From Nitrospirota bacterium (GTDB lineage: Bacteria > Nitrospirota > UBA9217), in contig CAVWHO010000010.1 of the NCBI GenBank assembly GCA_963754875.1, positions 192,001 to 256,000 on the forward strand: DNA of 64,000 nucleotides, given 5' to 3'. The translations under genes and the position numbers were made by a program. Positions 32,124-44,202 of the stretch are shown here, one piece after another. The notes under the pieces were generated by a model. It was not told the origin of the DNA. It did not search any database and was given only the letters and a program-made list of their open reading frames with translations. Position 1 is the first letter of the stretch. Each line of letters opens with the position of its first letter.

Positions 32124-32206
32124 TCTGGAGTCAGGAGATTGGAGTTGTTTGCCCTCGCGGTTCTCTCTTCCTTTTGCCGGCTTCTGAATTCTGACTCCCG
32201 GCTCCT
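32098..32206. repeat. Gene-less inverted heptamer arrays
   Basis: TGAAGAC AGAAGTC AGGAGCC AGTAGTC TGGAGTC AGGAGAT TGGAGTT ... GGCTTCT GAATTCT GACTCCC GGCTCCT. Confidence 0.85.
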
Positions 32207-32260
32207 TTCCTCTCCACTTTCTCATTGACCGTTGTTGTCTTCTTGTGCTATTTTTAACCC

Positions 32261-33547
32261 ATGAAGAAGCTTTCTGAAAAAGCGCGGCTCGACGCAAAAG
32301 GTTAAACGGCTTTCCACGCTCATCGAAGTGAACGCTCTGATAAGCTCCTCGCTCAATCTTGACCAGATCCTCGAAAACGTAATGTTAATTTCCAAAAAAG
32401 TGATGAATGCAGATGCATCGAGCCTCATGTTGATCGACGAAAAGACGAATGAACTCGTTTACGAAGTGGCCCTCGGGAAAGTCGGGTGAAAAGCTTAAAC
32501 AAGCAGTTCAGGCTCAAGATGGGGCAGGGGATCGCAGGAACGGTCGCGCAGGAAGGGAAACCGCTCCTTTTGGAGGATGTCTATACCCACCCGAAATTCC
32601 ATCGAGCCCACGACGACGCCACGGGGTATCGCACAAAGTCGATGATCACGGTCCCGCTCAAGGTAGGGGAACGCATTACCGGAGTGGCGCAGGTGATCAA
32701 CAGGCTTGACAATAGTCCCTTTGATGCCGACGATTTGGAGCTCTTTATCGCACTCTGCAGCCTGGCGGCCATTGCCATCGACAACGCCAAGATGCATAAG
32801 AGCCTGATGGAAAAGCAGCGCCTGGTGAAGGACATGGAGTTCGCCCGGACGGTGCAGGAAAGTTTCCTCCCGCAGAAAACACCGGATATCAGCAGCTACA
32901 AATTCAGCGCCCACTATACGCCTGCCCAGGAAGTAGGCGGTGATTTCTATGATTTTATCTATTTCGACCGGGAGCGTACGGGGGTCGTGATAGGTGATGT
33001 TTCGGGTAAGGGCGTACCTGCGGCGCTCTATATGGCGAAGCTCGGGAGTGATCTCCGGACGCTCGCTTTTACCGAAAAAGACCCCGCATCAACGCTTGGG
33101 AAATTGAACGATCTTCTTACCGAGCGGAGCAGGCGAGGTATGTTCGCCACGCTTCTCTACCTCGAGCTTGAATCGGGGAGCCGGAAACTCACGATTTCGA
33201 ATGCAGGCCATCTTCCCCCGCTTATCAAAAAATCTGACAATACGGTGACAAAGCTTGCTACCGCAGGCGGGTCTCCTCTCGGGATCCTGCCAGGAATGGA
33301 GTTCGGGCAGGAAACGGCGACTCTCGAACCCGGCGATACCGTGGTCCTGTATACCGACGGCATCATCGAAGCGATGAACGCCAAAGAGGAGCTGTACGGA
33401 TATGAACGGTTTGAAGCACTGGTCAGGAAAAGTGCTTCTGATCCGGATTCTCTCAAGTCAGCCATTATCGATGATGTAAACCGGTTTACCGGCCTGAGTC
33501 CCCAGCACGACGATATGACCCTGGTCTGTTTCGGAGCAATGAAATAA
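32261..33547 (+). CDS. GAF + SpoIIE/PP2C phosphatase, RsbU-like (frameshift ~32485)
   Basis: GAF region; VGGDFYD, GDVSGKG, NAGH, YTDG, DDMT motifs. Confidence 0.9.
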
Positions 33548-33566
33548 AAAAGATGCCTGACAACAG

Positions 33567-34016
33567 ATGACGGAAAACAAAGAAAAGACGACTGCCGAGG
33601 AAGGGCGGGCGAAAGAAGTGGTGTCGCTCGTTGTGCCGAGCCATCCGAAGTATTTGTATGTTGTCCGAAGTGCGATCTATCCTCTGGTGATGGAAGCGGG
33701 TTTCCCCAAACGGGATGCACGGAGAGTTGTTCTGGCCGTAGACGAGGCCTGTTCGAATATCATTAAATATGCCTATGAAGGCGACTATACCAAGTCCTAT
33801 TCATTGAATGTCACGATAGAGCAGGGAAGACTGGCCATCGAGCTCACAGACTCCGGTAAAAAACCCGACGTTTCAAAGATCGCACCGAGGAAACTCGATG
33901 ACGTGAGGCCGGGGGGGTTGGGTACGCACTTTATTGCCTCGGTGTTTGATTCGGTGACGTATGATACGAGCCGCGCGGCCTGCACCGTGCTGACCCTGGT
34001 GAAAGAGAAACAATAG
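33567..34016 (+). CDS. Anti-sigma factor / Ser kinase, RsbW-like
   Basis: LAVDEACSNIIKYAY, D.G and GGLG motifs. Confidence 0.9.
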   Translation: MTENKEKTTAEEGRAKEVVSLVVPSHPKYLYVVRSAIYPLVMEAGFPKRDARRVVLAVDEACSNIIKYAYEGDYTKSYSLNVTIEQGRLAIELTDSGKKPDVSKIAPRKLDDVRPGGLGTHFIASVFDSVTYDTSRAACTVLTLVKEKQ

Positions 34017-34034
34017 GCCGGCTATGAGGTCCCC

Positions 34035-34382
34035 ATGAAGGTAGAGATTGCATTGGAAAAGATCAACGCCGGTTTTCTGCTGAAGTTGAAAGGCGACGTG
34101 GATATGAACACCTCTTCGGACGTGAGAAATGCCATGGGTGAAGTATTTAAACAGGGACCGTCCGGCATGAAGGCTCTCCTCATCGACCTTTCGCAGGTGC
34201 GGTACATGGACAGCTCAGGCATCGCGACCCTCGTCGAAGGCCTGCAGAACTGCATGAAACAGGGGGCACGGCTCAGGTTGTGCGAGTTGAGCCCCCCTGT
34301 CCGTGATGTCTTTGAATTGGCCCGGCTGGCGAGTGTGTTCGAAATTTATCCAACGATCACCGAGGCAACGGCGGGACTATGA
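34035..34382 (+). CDS. STAS anti-sigma factor antagonist, RsbV/SpoIIAA-like
   Basis: DLSQVRYMDSSG phospho-Ser motif. Confidence 0.9.
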   Translation: MKVEIALEKINAGFLLKLKGDVDMNTSSDVRNAMGEVFKQGPSGMKALLIDLSQVRYMDSSGIATLVEGLQNCMKQGARLRLCELSPPVRDVFELARLASVFEIYPTITEATAGL

Positions 34383-34410
34383 CGGAGCGCGGAATGCGGA
34401 GTACGGACTC
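34383..34410 (+). repeat. Heptamer array (CGGAATG-type)
   Basis: CGGAGCG CGGAATG CGGAGTA CGGACTC. Confidence 0.6.
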
Positions 34411-34492
34411 ATGTATCATGAGGAGAAGCTGGAAAGGGCAGCGTTTCCAACCCTTGATCGTGAAACTCCGAACCAATATTCAGGGGTAAGGC

Positions 34493-35282
34493 GTGAAAAA
34501 TTTCGTCGGTTATCTCGGCAGGACGTTCATTAGGTTCCTCCAGGACCTTTCGAGCCTCTATTACCTTTTTCGCGAGACTGTCCTTCAAGCCTTCATCCTC
34601 CTAACAGACCGCAAGAAGCTTAAACAGGCAAGACTGCTGACGCAGGTGGATGAGATCGGGACGCAGTCGCTGCCGCTCGTCCTTGCAGTCGCCGCTCTAT
34701 TGGGCATTGCAATGACGGTGTTGATATCGTTCCAACTGAAGGAAGTCGGCGGTTACAACTATATCCCGGGATTCGTCGCTGTGGCAATCTTCCGGGAAAT
34801 AGGTCCGCTTATCACGGCGCTCATTGTCGCGGGACGGGTCGGCGCGTCATTCACTGCCCGCATCGGGACCATGAAGGTCTCCGAGGAAATCCTGGCGCTC
34901 GAAACCATGGCAATCAACCCCGTGCGGTTCCTCGTGGTTCAGCGTTTCATGGGACTTCTGTTTTCACTCCCGGCGCTGACCATGCTTGCGGGCTTTACCT
35001 CGGTGTTCGGCGGTTTTCTGTACGGTTCAACACGGCTCGGCATCCGACCCGACACGTACGTGCGTGAGACTCTCGATGTGCTCACGTTTACCGACATCTT
35101 CTCAGGCATTGCGAAAGCTCTGGTCTTTGCCGTGGTCATCGTGATGATCGGCTGTTATCGTGGTCTTGTTGTCGAGGGAGGGGCCGAAGAAGTCGGCAAA
35201 GGCGACAATGCTCTCCGTGGTCTCTTCGACGCTCACGATCATCGTGCTCGACACGATCATGACCGGGGCGTTTTACGGTTAA
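34493..35282 (+). CDS. mlaE: MlaE-family ABC permease (frameshift ~35200)
   Basis: REIGPLITALIVAGRVGA, GTMKVSEEI, GGAEEVG; shifted tail ATMLSVV...FYG*. Confidence 0.9.
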
Positions 35283-35294
35283 TAACGGCGAGAT

Positions 35295-36080
35295 ATGATC
35301 AAGGCGCATGGCATAAAAAAGAACTTCGGCAAACGTGTCGTGCTGAACGGCACGGATTTTACGGCCGAGCGAAAAAAAATCACTTATATATTGGGTACGA
35401 GCGGCGGCGGGAAGAGCACCTTATTGAAGATACTTATCGGCGCTCTCAAGCCGGATGCCGGGCAGGTTCTCTTCGGAGAGACGGACATTACGCAACTCGT
35501 CGAGAGGGAGCTGGATCCTTTCCGGAAAAAGATCGGCATGTTGTTCCAGCAAGGTGCGCTGCTGAACTCGCTCACCGTCGGAGAAAATATATCGCTCCCG
35601 ATCCGGGAACATACGCCCCTGGATGAGAACATTATCAAAATCATGGTGAAGATGAAGCTGGAACTGGTGGGGCTCCGCGATTTTGAAGACCTCTATCCCG
35701 GACAGCTGTCCGGAGGGATGCAGAAACGCGTTGCTCTTGCCCGGGCCCTTGCCCTCGATCCCGAAGTAGTTTTTTTCGACGAGCCTACTTCTGGCCTCGA
35801 TCCTATCGTTGCTGCGGTCATTACGAAGCTCATAGCGGACCTGAACCGGGTCCTTGGTATCACCTGCGTTGTCGTGACCCATGCTGTTGAAGAAGCCATG
35901 AAGATAGCCGACAAGATTGTCATACTGTATTTAGGCAAAGTGCTTGCCCAGGGGACGCCGCAGGAGATCAAGTCGAGCGCGGATCCGCTCGTCCAACAGT
36001 TCATAACCGGCAGCCCTGACGGGCCGATTTCGTTCCGTGCCTCAAGCAAGGACTTCCGGGAAGATCTTCTGACGCAGTGA
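35295..36080 (+). CDS. mlaF: MlaF-family ABC ATPase
   Basis: GTSGGGKS, LFQQGAL, LSGGMQKRVALARA, DEPTSGLDP. Confidence 0.9.
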   Translation: MIKAHGIKKNFGKRVVLNGTDFTAERKKITYILGTSGGGKSTLLKILIGALKPDAGQVLFGETDITQLVERELDPFRKKIGMLFQQGALLNSLTVGENISLPIREHTPLDENIIKIMVKMKLELVGLRDFEDLYPGQLSGGMQKRVALARALALDPEVVFFDEPTSGLDPIVAAVITKLIADLNRVLGITCVVVTHAVEEAMKIADKIVILYLGKVLAQGTPQEIKSSADPLVQQFITGSPDGPISFRASSKDFREDLLTQ

Positions 36081-36139
36081 GATCCGTGCGGATTCAGGAA
36101 TGCGGAATATAATACTGATAACAATTATGAGGGTTTAAA

Positions 36140-36940
36140 ATGGAATACCGTCGCAATGAAATCAGGGCAGGTGTTTTTCTCCTGCTCTCGTTCGTGATCT
36201 TGGCGGTGATGATTTTCGCCGTGAGCGATATCCAGAGCCTTTTCAAGAAAAAGAAGGAAATCAAAGTGCTGTTTCAGTACAGCGACGGGATCGAAAAGAA
36301 CGCGCCGGTCCGTCTTTCGGGTATTAAGGTCGGCAAGGTAACGAACGTCCGTGTACTGCCCGAGAAGGGCGATAAAATCGAGCTTACCTTGAGCATTTTC
36401 AGCGACACGGTCATCAGGCATGATACGAAGGCCGCGATCAAGACGCAGGGACTCATCGGGGGGAAATATGTGGAATTGACGGGTGGCTCGTCGCAGTCGC
36501 CTCTGCTTGAGCCGGGCGGCCTGATCATCGGAGAAGAATCGTTAAAAGTGGAAGATTTGACCAAGATGGCGTTAGACGTGGTCGTGAAACTCAAGAACAT
36601 CGCGAATAATCTCAACAGGGTGCTCGGAGATCCGGCTCTTGCGAAGTCCCTTAAAACAACGATCGCGAATCTCCAGGATGTCTCGTCAAATGTCAAAGTT
36701 ATGACGTCAAGTAAAGAAGAGGTAGCGCAAGGTCTTAAGAACCTGCCCGAGATCTTGAAAAAACTCGACGCGAGCGCGGACAACCTTAAAGCAATCACGG
36801 AAAAGAGTGATACAATCGTTGGCGAAAATAAAAAGAATATTGATGCGGCAATGGAAAGTTTCAGGGAAATGGCGAAGAACCTGAAGGAGACAACGGACGA
36901 CGTAAAGAGCCATCCGTGGAAACTGCTGAGAAAACCGTGA
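36140..36940 (+). CDS. mlaD: MlaD/MCE-domain protein
   Basis: TM anchor; V.LSGIKVGKV, GLIGGKYVEL; coiled-coil tail. Confidence 0.9.
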   Translation: MEYRRNEIRAGVFLLLSFVILAVMIFAVSDIQSLFKKKKEIKVLFQYSDGIEKNAPVRLSGIKVGKVTNVRVLPEKGDKIELTLSIFSDTVIRHDTKAAIKTQGLIGGKYVELTGGSSQSPLLEPGGLIIGEESLKVEDLTKMALDVVVKLKNIANNLNRVLGDPALAKSLKTTIANLQDVSSNVKVMTSSKEEVAQGLKNLPEILKKLDASADNLKAITEKSDTIVGENKKNIDAAMESFREMAKNLKETTDDVKSHPWKLLRKP

Positions 36941-36954
36941 ACTTATTTGGGATT

Positions 36955-37027
36955 GAGTCACGGATTGTGGACTGAAATTCAAAAATACACTCGTGACTGG
37001 AAATCCGCAATTCGCATTCCTGCATCT
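36955..37027. repeat. Inverted heptamer-type arrays upstream of hisS
   Basis: AGTCACG GATTGTG GACTG ... CGTGACT GG AAATCCG CAATTCG CATTCCT. Confidence 0.5.
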
Positions 37028-37048
37028 AAGAGTAAGTGAGGAGTTTGC

Positions 37049-38302
37049 ATGGCAATTCAGGCAATTAAAGGCGTAAAAGACGTACTCCCGGTTGATATTC
37101 CGATGTGGCAGCACCTTGAGGCAACGGCTCGAAAGCTGTTTGAGGATTACGGTTTTTCGGAAATCCGGGTCCCTGTTTTCGAATATACAGAACTCTTTGC
37201 CCGGAGCATCGGCACGTCGACGGACATAGTGGAAAAAGAGATGTATACATTTGGGGACCGCGACGGCAAGAAGATCACCTTGCGTCCCGAAGGCACTGCA
37301 GGCGTGGTCCGCGCCTTTGTCGAGCATAAGATGTACGCGGACAACCAGATAACCCGCCTCTATTATATGGGGCCGATGTTCAGGCACGAGCGTCCGCAAA
37401 AGGGGAGATATCGCCAATTTTACCAGATCGGCGTAGAGGCCCTGGGGCTCGATCACCCTCACGTGGACATTGAAGTTCTGGTCATGCTGCACGCATTGTT
37501 CACGCGGATCGGCATCAACGGCCTCACGCTCCAGATCAACTCTTTAGGAGACAGCGCATGCAGGGGCGCATATCGGGATGCGCTGAAGTCGTATCTGAAA
37601 GAAAAACTGCCGACCTTATGCGCAGACTGCCAGCGACGTTACGAGACCAACCCGCTTCGCGTGCTTGATTGCAAGGTGGACGCGGATAAATTCAACGACT
37701 CCCCGGTCATGCTCGATTACCTCTGTGGCCCCTGTAAGGACCACTTTCACACCGTCGAAGCGAGCCTGCGGAAGCTGAATGTTCCTTTCGAAGTGAACCC
37801 TCGTCTCGTGCGCGGGCTGGACTACTATACCAGAACCACGTTCGAGCTGGTTATGGGCCACCTGGGGGCCCAGAACACCGTGGCGGCAGGGGGCAGGTAC
37901 GACGGACTCGTGCAGGAGATTGGCGGCCCTGCAACGCCGGGGATCGGCTTCGCGCTCGGTGTTGAACGGGCAATCTCGCTCATGGATCCCCACGTCGTTG
38001 AAACTCCTTGCCCCGCGCTCTTCCTTTCTGCACTGGGCGCCGAAGCAGTGGCGTTCGCACTGCCGATCATTCACACGCTCCGGTCCTCGGGGATCCGCGT
38101 TGATACGGACTATACCGGCAGCAGCCTTAAGAGCCAAATGAAGAAAGCCGACAAGTCCCGTGCCGGCCACACCCTGATCATCGGAGAACAGGAAATAAAG
38201 AACGGAAAAGCGATACTCCGCAACATGCATACCAAGGAACAATCAGAACTGGCATTGACAACTCTTATCGAAGATCTGAAGAAAACATTCACATTGGCAT
38301 GA
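37049..38302 (+). CDS. hisS: Histidine--tRNA ligase
   Basis: LRPEGTA, RHERPQKGRYRQF, LVRGLDYY, GGRYD. Confidence 0.97.
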   Translation: MAIQAIKGVKDVLPVDIPMWQHLEATARKLFEDYGFSEIRVPVFEYTELFARSIGTSTDIVEKEMYTFGDRDGKKITLRPEGTAGVVRAFVEHKMYADNQITRLYYMGPMFRHERPQKGRYRQFYQIGVEALGLDHPHVDIEVLVMLHALFTRIGINGLTLQINSLGDSACRGAYRDALKSYLKEKLPTLCADCQRRYETNPLRVLDCKVDADKFNDSPVMLDYLCGPCKDHFHTVEASLRKLNVPFEVNPRLVRGLDYYTRTTFELVMGHLGAQNTVAAGGRYDGLVQEIGGPATPGIGFALGVERAISLMDPHVVETPCPALFLSALGAEAVAFALPIIHTLRSSGIRVDTDYTGSSLKSQMKKADKSRAGHTLIIGEQEIKNGKAILRNMHTKEQSELALTTLIEDLKKTFTLA

Positions 38303-38778
38303 AAATCGGCGTACTATCCGATACGCATGTGCCTTCCATCGTGCCGGCGCTGCCTCCGGTCATCTATGATATTTTTCAGGGGGTCGATCTGATTCTCCAC
38401 GCAGGGGACATCGTTGAACTCTCCGTGCTCGATGACCTGAGGGCCATTGCGCCCGTGGAAGCGGTTGCCGGAAACGTGGACAGCGCTGAAGTGCAGGCGC
38501 GCCTTCCTTCCAAGAAAGTCATCCCGATCGGCAACTTCACGGTCGGCCTCATCCACGGGAAATACAAATTGAATGTTCAACAAGAGATGATCAGAAAAGA
38601 GTTTGGCAATGTGGACCTCATCGTCTATGGCCATTCTCACCATCCTTTCTGGGGTGTGAGAGAGGGCGTTTATTTTTTGAATCCCGGAAGCCCGACGGAC
38701 AAACGGCATGCGCCCTACAATTCAGTCGCTCTGCTGGAAGTAGGAGATGATTTGCGGGCCGAGATCATTCGAATTTAA
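38299..38778 (+). CDS. YfcE-family metallophosphoesterase
   Basis: SDTH, HAGD, GN, HG, GHSH, NPGS motifs. Confidence 0.9.
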   Translation: MKIGVLSDTHVPSIVPALPPVIYDIFQGVDLILHAGDIVELSVLDDLRAIAPVEAVAGNVDSAEVQARLPSKKVIPIGNFTVGLIHGKYKLNVQQEMIRKEFGNVDLIVYGHSHHPFWGVREGVYFLNPGSPTDKRHAPYNSVALLEVGDDLRAEIIRI

Positions 38779-38858
38779 AAATGATCTTGTACACACCGAT
38801 CGAGAGAATTCTTTTCAAGTTGCAAAGGTCCCGGCTTTATGATAAATTCTGAACACTC

Positions 38859-40289
38859 ATGGCTATCGAAAAAATAAAATTCGGGACTTCAGGATGGCGA
38901 GGGGTGATCGCCGACGATTTTACGGTCGGACGGGTCCGTGTCGTGACGCAGGCAATAGCAGACCACATCGCAGCGCAGGGACTCAAGGACAAAGGCGTGA
39001 TCGTGGGATACGATACGCGCTTCATGTCCGAACGGTTTGCCGAAGAGGCCGTCAAAGTCCTGGCAGCAAACGGCATCCGCTGCTATCTCTCGAACCGCGA
39101 CGTCCCTACGCCGGCGGTCTCGTTTGAGATCATCCGGAAAAAGGCGGCCGGCGGCATCAACTTTACGGCGAGCCACAATCCGCCGCAGTACAATGGCCTC
39201 AAGTTCTCTCCTGCCTGGGGCGGCCCCGCGCTTCCTGAAGAGACAAAAGACATCGAGTCCCGGGCAAATGTCCTTCTCGAAAAGAACTCCGTTGCTGTCA
39301 TTTCCCTTGCTGAGGCAAAGCAGAAGGGCATGGTTGACGATGCCGATCTCCGCAAGGCCTACCTCGACGATCTCAAGAAAAAGATCGATTTCGATCCGAT
39401 AAAAAAGTCAAAACTCAAAATTGCCGTTGATCTGCTGTACGGGACAGGCAGGGATTATCTTGACAGTGCGCTCAAGGACGCGGGATGCGCTGTCACCGTG
39501 GTGCATGGCCATCGCGACGTTTTGTTCGGCGGCAATTCGCCGGAGCCCTCGGAAGCGAACCTGGCCGATCTTGCGACAGTATTGAAAAAAGGTAAATTCG
39601 ACATCGGCCTTGCGGTCGACGGTGATGCGGACCGTTTCGGCGTCATGGACCCGGACGGCACGTATATCAACCCCAACCAGATCCTTGCGCTGGTCCTCGA
39701 TTATCTGTGCCGCACCCGGGGCTGGAAAGGCGGCGCTGCACGCTCTATCGCAACATCACACCTGATCGATGCGGTAGCGAAAAAACACGGCATCGAGGTC
39801 TATGAAACGGGCGTGGGATTCAAGTTCATCGGAGACCTGCTCGTACAGGGCAAGATCATCTTCGGGGGCGAGGAAAGCGCAGGCATGACCATTAAAGACC
39901 ATGTGCCGGAGAAAGACGGAATCCTTGCTTGCCTTCTGGTTGCAGAAATGGTATCAAGCGAAAAGAAGTCCATTAAGGAACTGCTGAAGCGGCTCTATAA
40001 AGAAGTCGGCGTTATTCTGAACGACCGGATCAACATACGTATCACGGAAACCAATCGTAAGGCAGTTGAAGAGCGGTTGAGCCAGCCTTTGAGCGAACTC
40101 GGCGGGCTCCGCGTCAAGGGCAAGAAAACTACTGCCGACGGGACCAAGTACATGCTGGACGACGACAGCTGGGTGCTGATGCGCGCATCAGGCACCGAGC
40201 CGGTGGTACGAGTGTACGTCGAATCCTCGTCGGACGAAAAAATTAAAGAACTGATCGATGCAGGCAGGAAATTCATTCTGGGACAGTAG
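38859..40289 (+). CDS. Phosphoglucomutase/phosphomannomutase
   Basis: FGTSGWRG, TASHNP, DGDADR, GEES, RASGTEP. Confidence 0.93.
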   Translation: MAIEKIKFGTSGWRGVIADDFTVGRVRVVTQAIADHIAAQGLKDKGVIVGYDTRFMSERFAEEAVKVLAANGIRCYLSNRDVPTPAVSFEIIRKKAAGGINFTASHNPPQYNGLKFSPAWGGPALPEETKDIESRANVLLEKNSVAVISLAEAKQKGMVDDADLRKAYLDDLKKKIDFDPIKKSKLKIAVDLLYGTGRDYLDSALKDAGCAVTVVHGHRDVLFGGNSPEPSEANLADLATVLKKGKFDIGLAVDGDADRFGVMDPDGTYINPNQILALVLDYLCRTRGWKGGAARSIATSHLIDAVAKKHGIEVYETGVGFKFIGDLLVQGKIIFGGEESAGMTIKDHVPEKDGILACLLVAEMVSSEKKSIKELLKRLYKEVGVILNDRINIRITETNRKAVEERLSQPLSELGGLRVKGKKTTADGTKYMLDDDSWVLMRASGTEPVVRVYVESSSDEKIKELIDAGRKFILGQ

Positions 40290-41597
<1,308 letters not shown>

Positions 41598-41606
41598 TGA
41601 GCACTT

Positions 41607-41640
41607 AAAGCCGGAGATAAATGATCTCAGGCTTTTTTTT
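41607..41640 (+). terminator. Intrinsic terminator after eno
   Basis: AAAGCCGGAGAT / ATCTCAGGCTTT stem plus T-tract. Confidence 0.8.
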
Positions 41641-42076
41641 ATACGCAAAGACATGTAGAATACATCCTGTCGCTGTTGAGTTTCACTGATTTACGAATCG
41701 ACGACTTCTTCCTGAAGTCCGCGGGAGTTGCCTTATTTTGAAATTACGAACTTCATTTCGTATTCGTTAGCACGTTAGCCATAATATCATGAAATAAAAT
41801 TCTTCCCCTTTTGTCCTTTCGTCTAAATCACGAGCTTCATTTATTACAAACCTTCAATAAGAAAATATCGCGGTCTTTCCATTCTACGCAAGACACATGC
41901 TCCACGTCGATCACAAACGATGCATAATTCACTCTGAATTTACGTCCACAACTAAGTCCAAAGTTGCATATGCACATAGGCACAATTTTCAATTGCCAAT
42001 CCACCGCTGCAAAAAAGCCGCGCAATCGCTATAATGTAAATAGACTTGATTTCCTGAAGAAGGGTTGGTGATAGAA

Positions 42077-42550
42077 ATGAAAACATCTGCAAACGTAGTA
42101 CCGTTGAAGAAAACGACAAATGAGGTTGAAGAACACCTGAACACTTTCGACGAACTGGACTACGATGTGTTCAGCAACCGGAATTGGACGAGGCTGCATG
42201 AGAGCCATTCAAAGGATGTGAAGGTCAACTGGCCCGACGGGCATTCTACCGTGGGCATTGAAAAGCATATTGAGGATCTCGATGCGATGTTCGTATATGC
42301 TCCCGACACGAGCATAAAGGTCCATCCAGTCAAGTTCGGGTCAGGAGACTATACCTCGGTCATAGGTGTGATGACGGGGACTTTTACCAAGCCCATGCCA
42401 ATCGGAGACGGGAAGTTTATTCAGCCCACAGGCAAGAAGTTCTCAATCCCCATGTGCACCATTGGGCATTGGAAGGATGGGGTGATGAACGAAGAGTGGC
42501 TATTCTGGGACAATGCGACATACATGAAGCAACTCGGAATTGGGAATTAA
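42077..42550 (+). CDS. SnoaL-like ester/polyketide cyclase family protein
   Basis: FDELDYDVFS..W.RLHESH, GTFTKPM..G..I.PTGKKF pattern. Confidence 0.8.
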   Translation: MKTSANVVPLKKTTNEVEEHLNTFDELDYDVFSNRNWTRLHESHSKDVKVNWPDGHSTVGIEKHIEDLDAMFVYAPDTSIKVHPVKFGSGDYTSVIGVMTGTFTKPMPIGDGKFIQPTGKKFSIPMCTIGHWKDGVMNEEWLFWDNATYMKQLGIGN

Positions 42551-42791
42551 GATCATCATGATAAACTCTGCGATATGCTGCTTTTGATAGAGCAGCTGAC
42601 GTTGTTAGTCGTAAGAAAAGATGTCCAACAGACAGGCGGATAGAGATGTGGGAGCTGTTCGCCTGTTGGTGAGGACCTTTTTGATCTTTACTTTCTTCCT
42701 GTAACATTGGAGTTTTCTCTCCGTGCAACAATCAATACTTCATTCGGAATTAAATAACTCATGATACCCTGAAAATGCCCCTCTCCGGTGA

Positions 42792-42820
42792 TTGACAACT
42801 GCATCGATCAGGAATATATT
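42792..42820 (+). promoter_or_regulatory. sigma70-type promoter
   Basis: TTGACA-N17-TATATT, ~180 nt before the lactonase-like gene. Confidence 0.5.
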
Positions 42821-42999
42821 CTTCTGAATAAACTAGTACGGCATGATCATTGCTAAACTGGATAACAACGGAAATCCGGTATTATCTAGGGGGGATGACT
42901 AATAACGGATTTTCGTACTTATCGAGGGGGGCTAGTGATCCCCTTGTTGAATCGTCACAAAATTACTGATGCCATATTAGAAATGAGGAGAATTATATT

Positions 43000-44100
43000 A
43001 TGAAAAGAATCTATCTTCTGGTCGCAGTGTTTGGTTCCTTGTTCTTTATTCTAACAGCCTGTAAAGGGGGCGACAATAATTCAACTTCAACACTAGTTCC
43101 GCGGTTTGCTTATGTCGTCAATCAGACGGATGCCACTGTTTCGCAATACACGATTGAAGCTAATGGTGGCCTATTGCCAATGAGTTTGCCCACTGTTTCG
43201 ACCGGAGCAGTCCCAATCTCCATAACAGTTGACCCGGCGGGCAAGTATGCATATGTCGTTAATTGGGGTAACAACAGCATCTCGCAATATACAATCAGTT
43301 CTGACGGAAGTCTTGCGCCCATGAGTTCTCCCTCAGTATCGACCGGAATGAGTCCTCATTCCATGACCATTGATTCCTCCGGAAAATATGCTTTCGTAGC
43401 AAATAGGAACGATAATAGCATATCACAATACGGAATCGGCACACACGGAAGGCTCATATCAATGAGTACTCCTACTATTCAGACAATCGAAGGTCCTATT
43501 TCCGTCACTGTTGACCCGTTTGGTAAGTACGCATACGTCGTAAATGACAGCAATACAGGTTCAAGCATTGCACAGTATACGATCAGTGTTGACGGCAGTC
43601 TCACCCCAATGAGCGTTGCCACAGTTCCGGCTGGTGTAAATTCCATGTCCATCGCCGCTCACCCCTCCGGAAAGTATGTTTACGCGGTTAATGCCAGTAG
43701 CAATAACATTTCGCAATACACGATCGGCGTAGATGGCAGCCTGTCGCCGATGAGCGCCGCCACAGTTACAACTGGGCAAGAACCTTTGTCAATCAGTATC
43801 GATCCCTCCGGTAAGTACGCATATGTGACCAATTGGAGCGACAACGGCATATCTCAATTTTCGATTGATGCAAATGGAAACCTCACTCCGCTGGCTGTTA
43901 CTACTATTGCTGCGGGTCAAAGTCCCATATTCATCGCCGTCGATGTCTCGGGAAAGTACGCATATTCGGCTAACTTCGGTGATGGCACCATATCTCAGTT
44001 TATGAGCCGATCTGACGGCAGCCTCTCCTCGATGAGTACAGCAACGATCTCGACAGGATGGTGCCCGACCTTTATAACAACCGTGGGGCGGTATCAGTAA
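43000..44100 (+). CDS. Lactonase-family 7-bladed beta-propeller lipoprotein
   Basis: Lipobox LTAC; repeated P.SI.VDP.GKYAYV.N..ISQY.I..DGSL.P blades. Confidence 0.85.
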   Translation: MKRIYLLVAVFGSLFFILTACKGGDNNSTSTLVPRFAYVVNQTDATVSQYTIEANGGLLPMSLPTVSTGAVPISITVDPAGKYAYVVNWGNNSISQYTISSDGSLAPMSSPSVSTGMSPHSMTIDSSGKYAFVANRNDNSISQYGIGTHGRLISMSTPTIQTIEGPISVTVDPFGKYAYVVNDSNTGSSIAQYTISVDGSLTPMSVATVPAGVNSMSIAAHPSGKYVYAVNASSNNISQYTIGVDGSLSPMSAATVTTGQEPLSISIDPSGKYAYVTNWSDNGISQFSIDANGNLTPLAVTTIAAGQSPIFIAVDVSGKYAYSANFGDGTISQFMSRSDGSLSSMSTATISTGWCPTFITTVGRYQ

Positions 44101-44202
44101 TAAATACACTTATATCATACTCTGAAACCGTGGATGAGTCGAAGTTGCCATGAGTGAGCGGTGAACACGAGGTGCCGAAGGATCAAATTAACAAGCGGGT
44201 CC

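Noticed and set aside
7922..37027. Heptamer arrays as CRISPR repeats
   Set aside because: The units are 7 bp, degenerate and contiguous, with no spacers and no cas genes.
41766..42610. GTTAGCA/GTTAGCC (41766-80) and GTTAGTC (42604-10) as further attC or attI cores
   Set aside because: No matching inverse core or paired arms at a suitable distance.
43100..44090. DNA repeats in the lactonase-like gene as a repeat element
   Set aside because: Explained by the seven beta-propeller blades of the protein.
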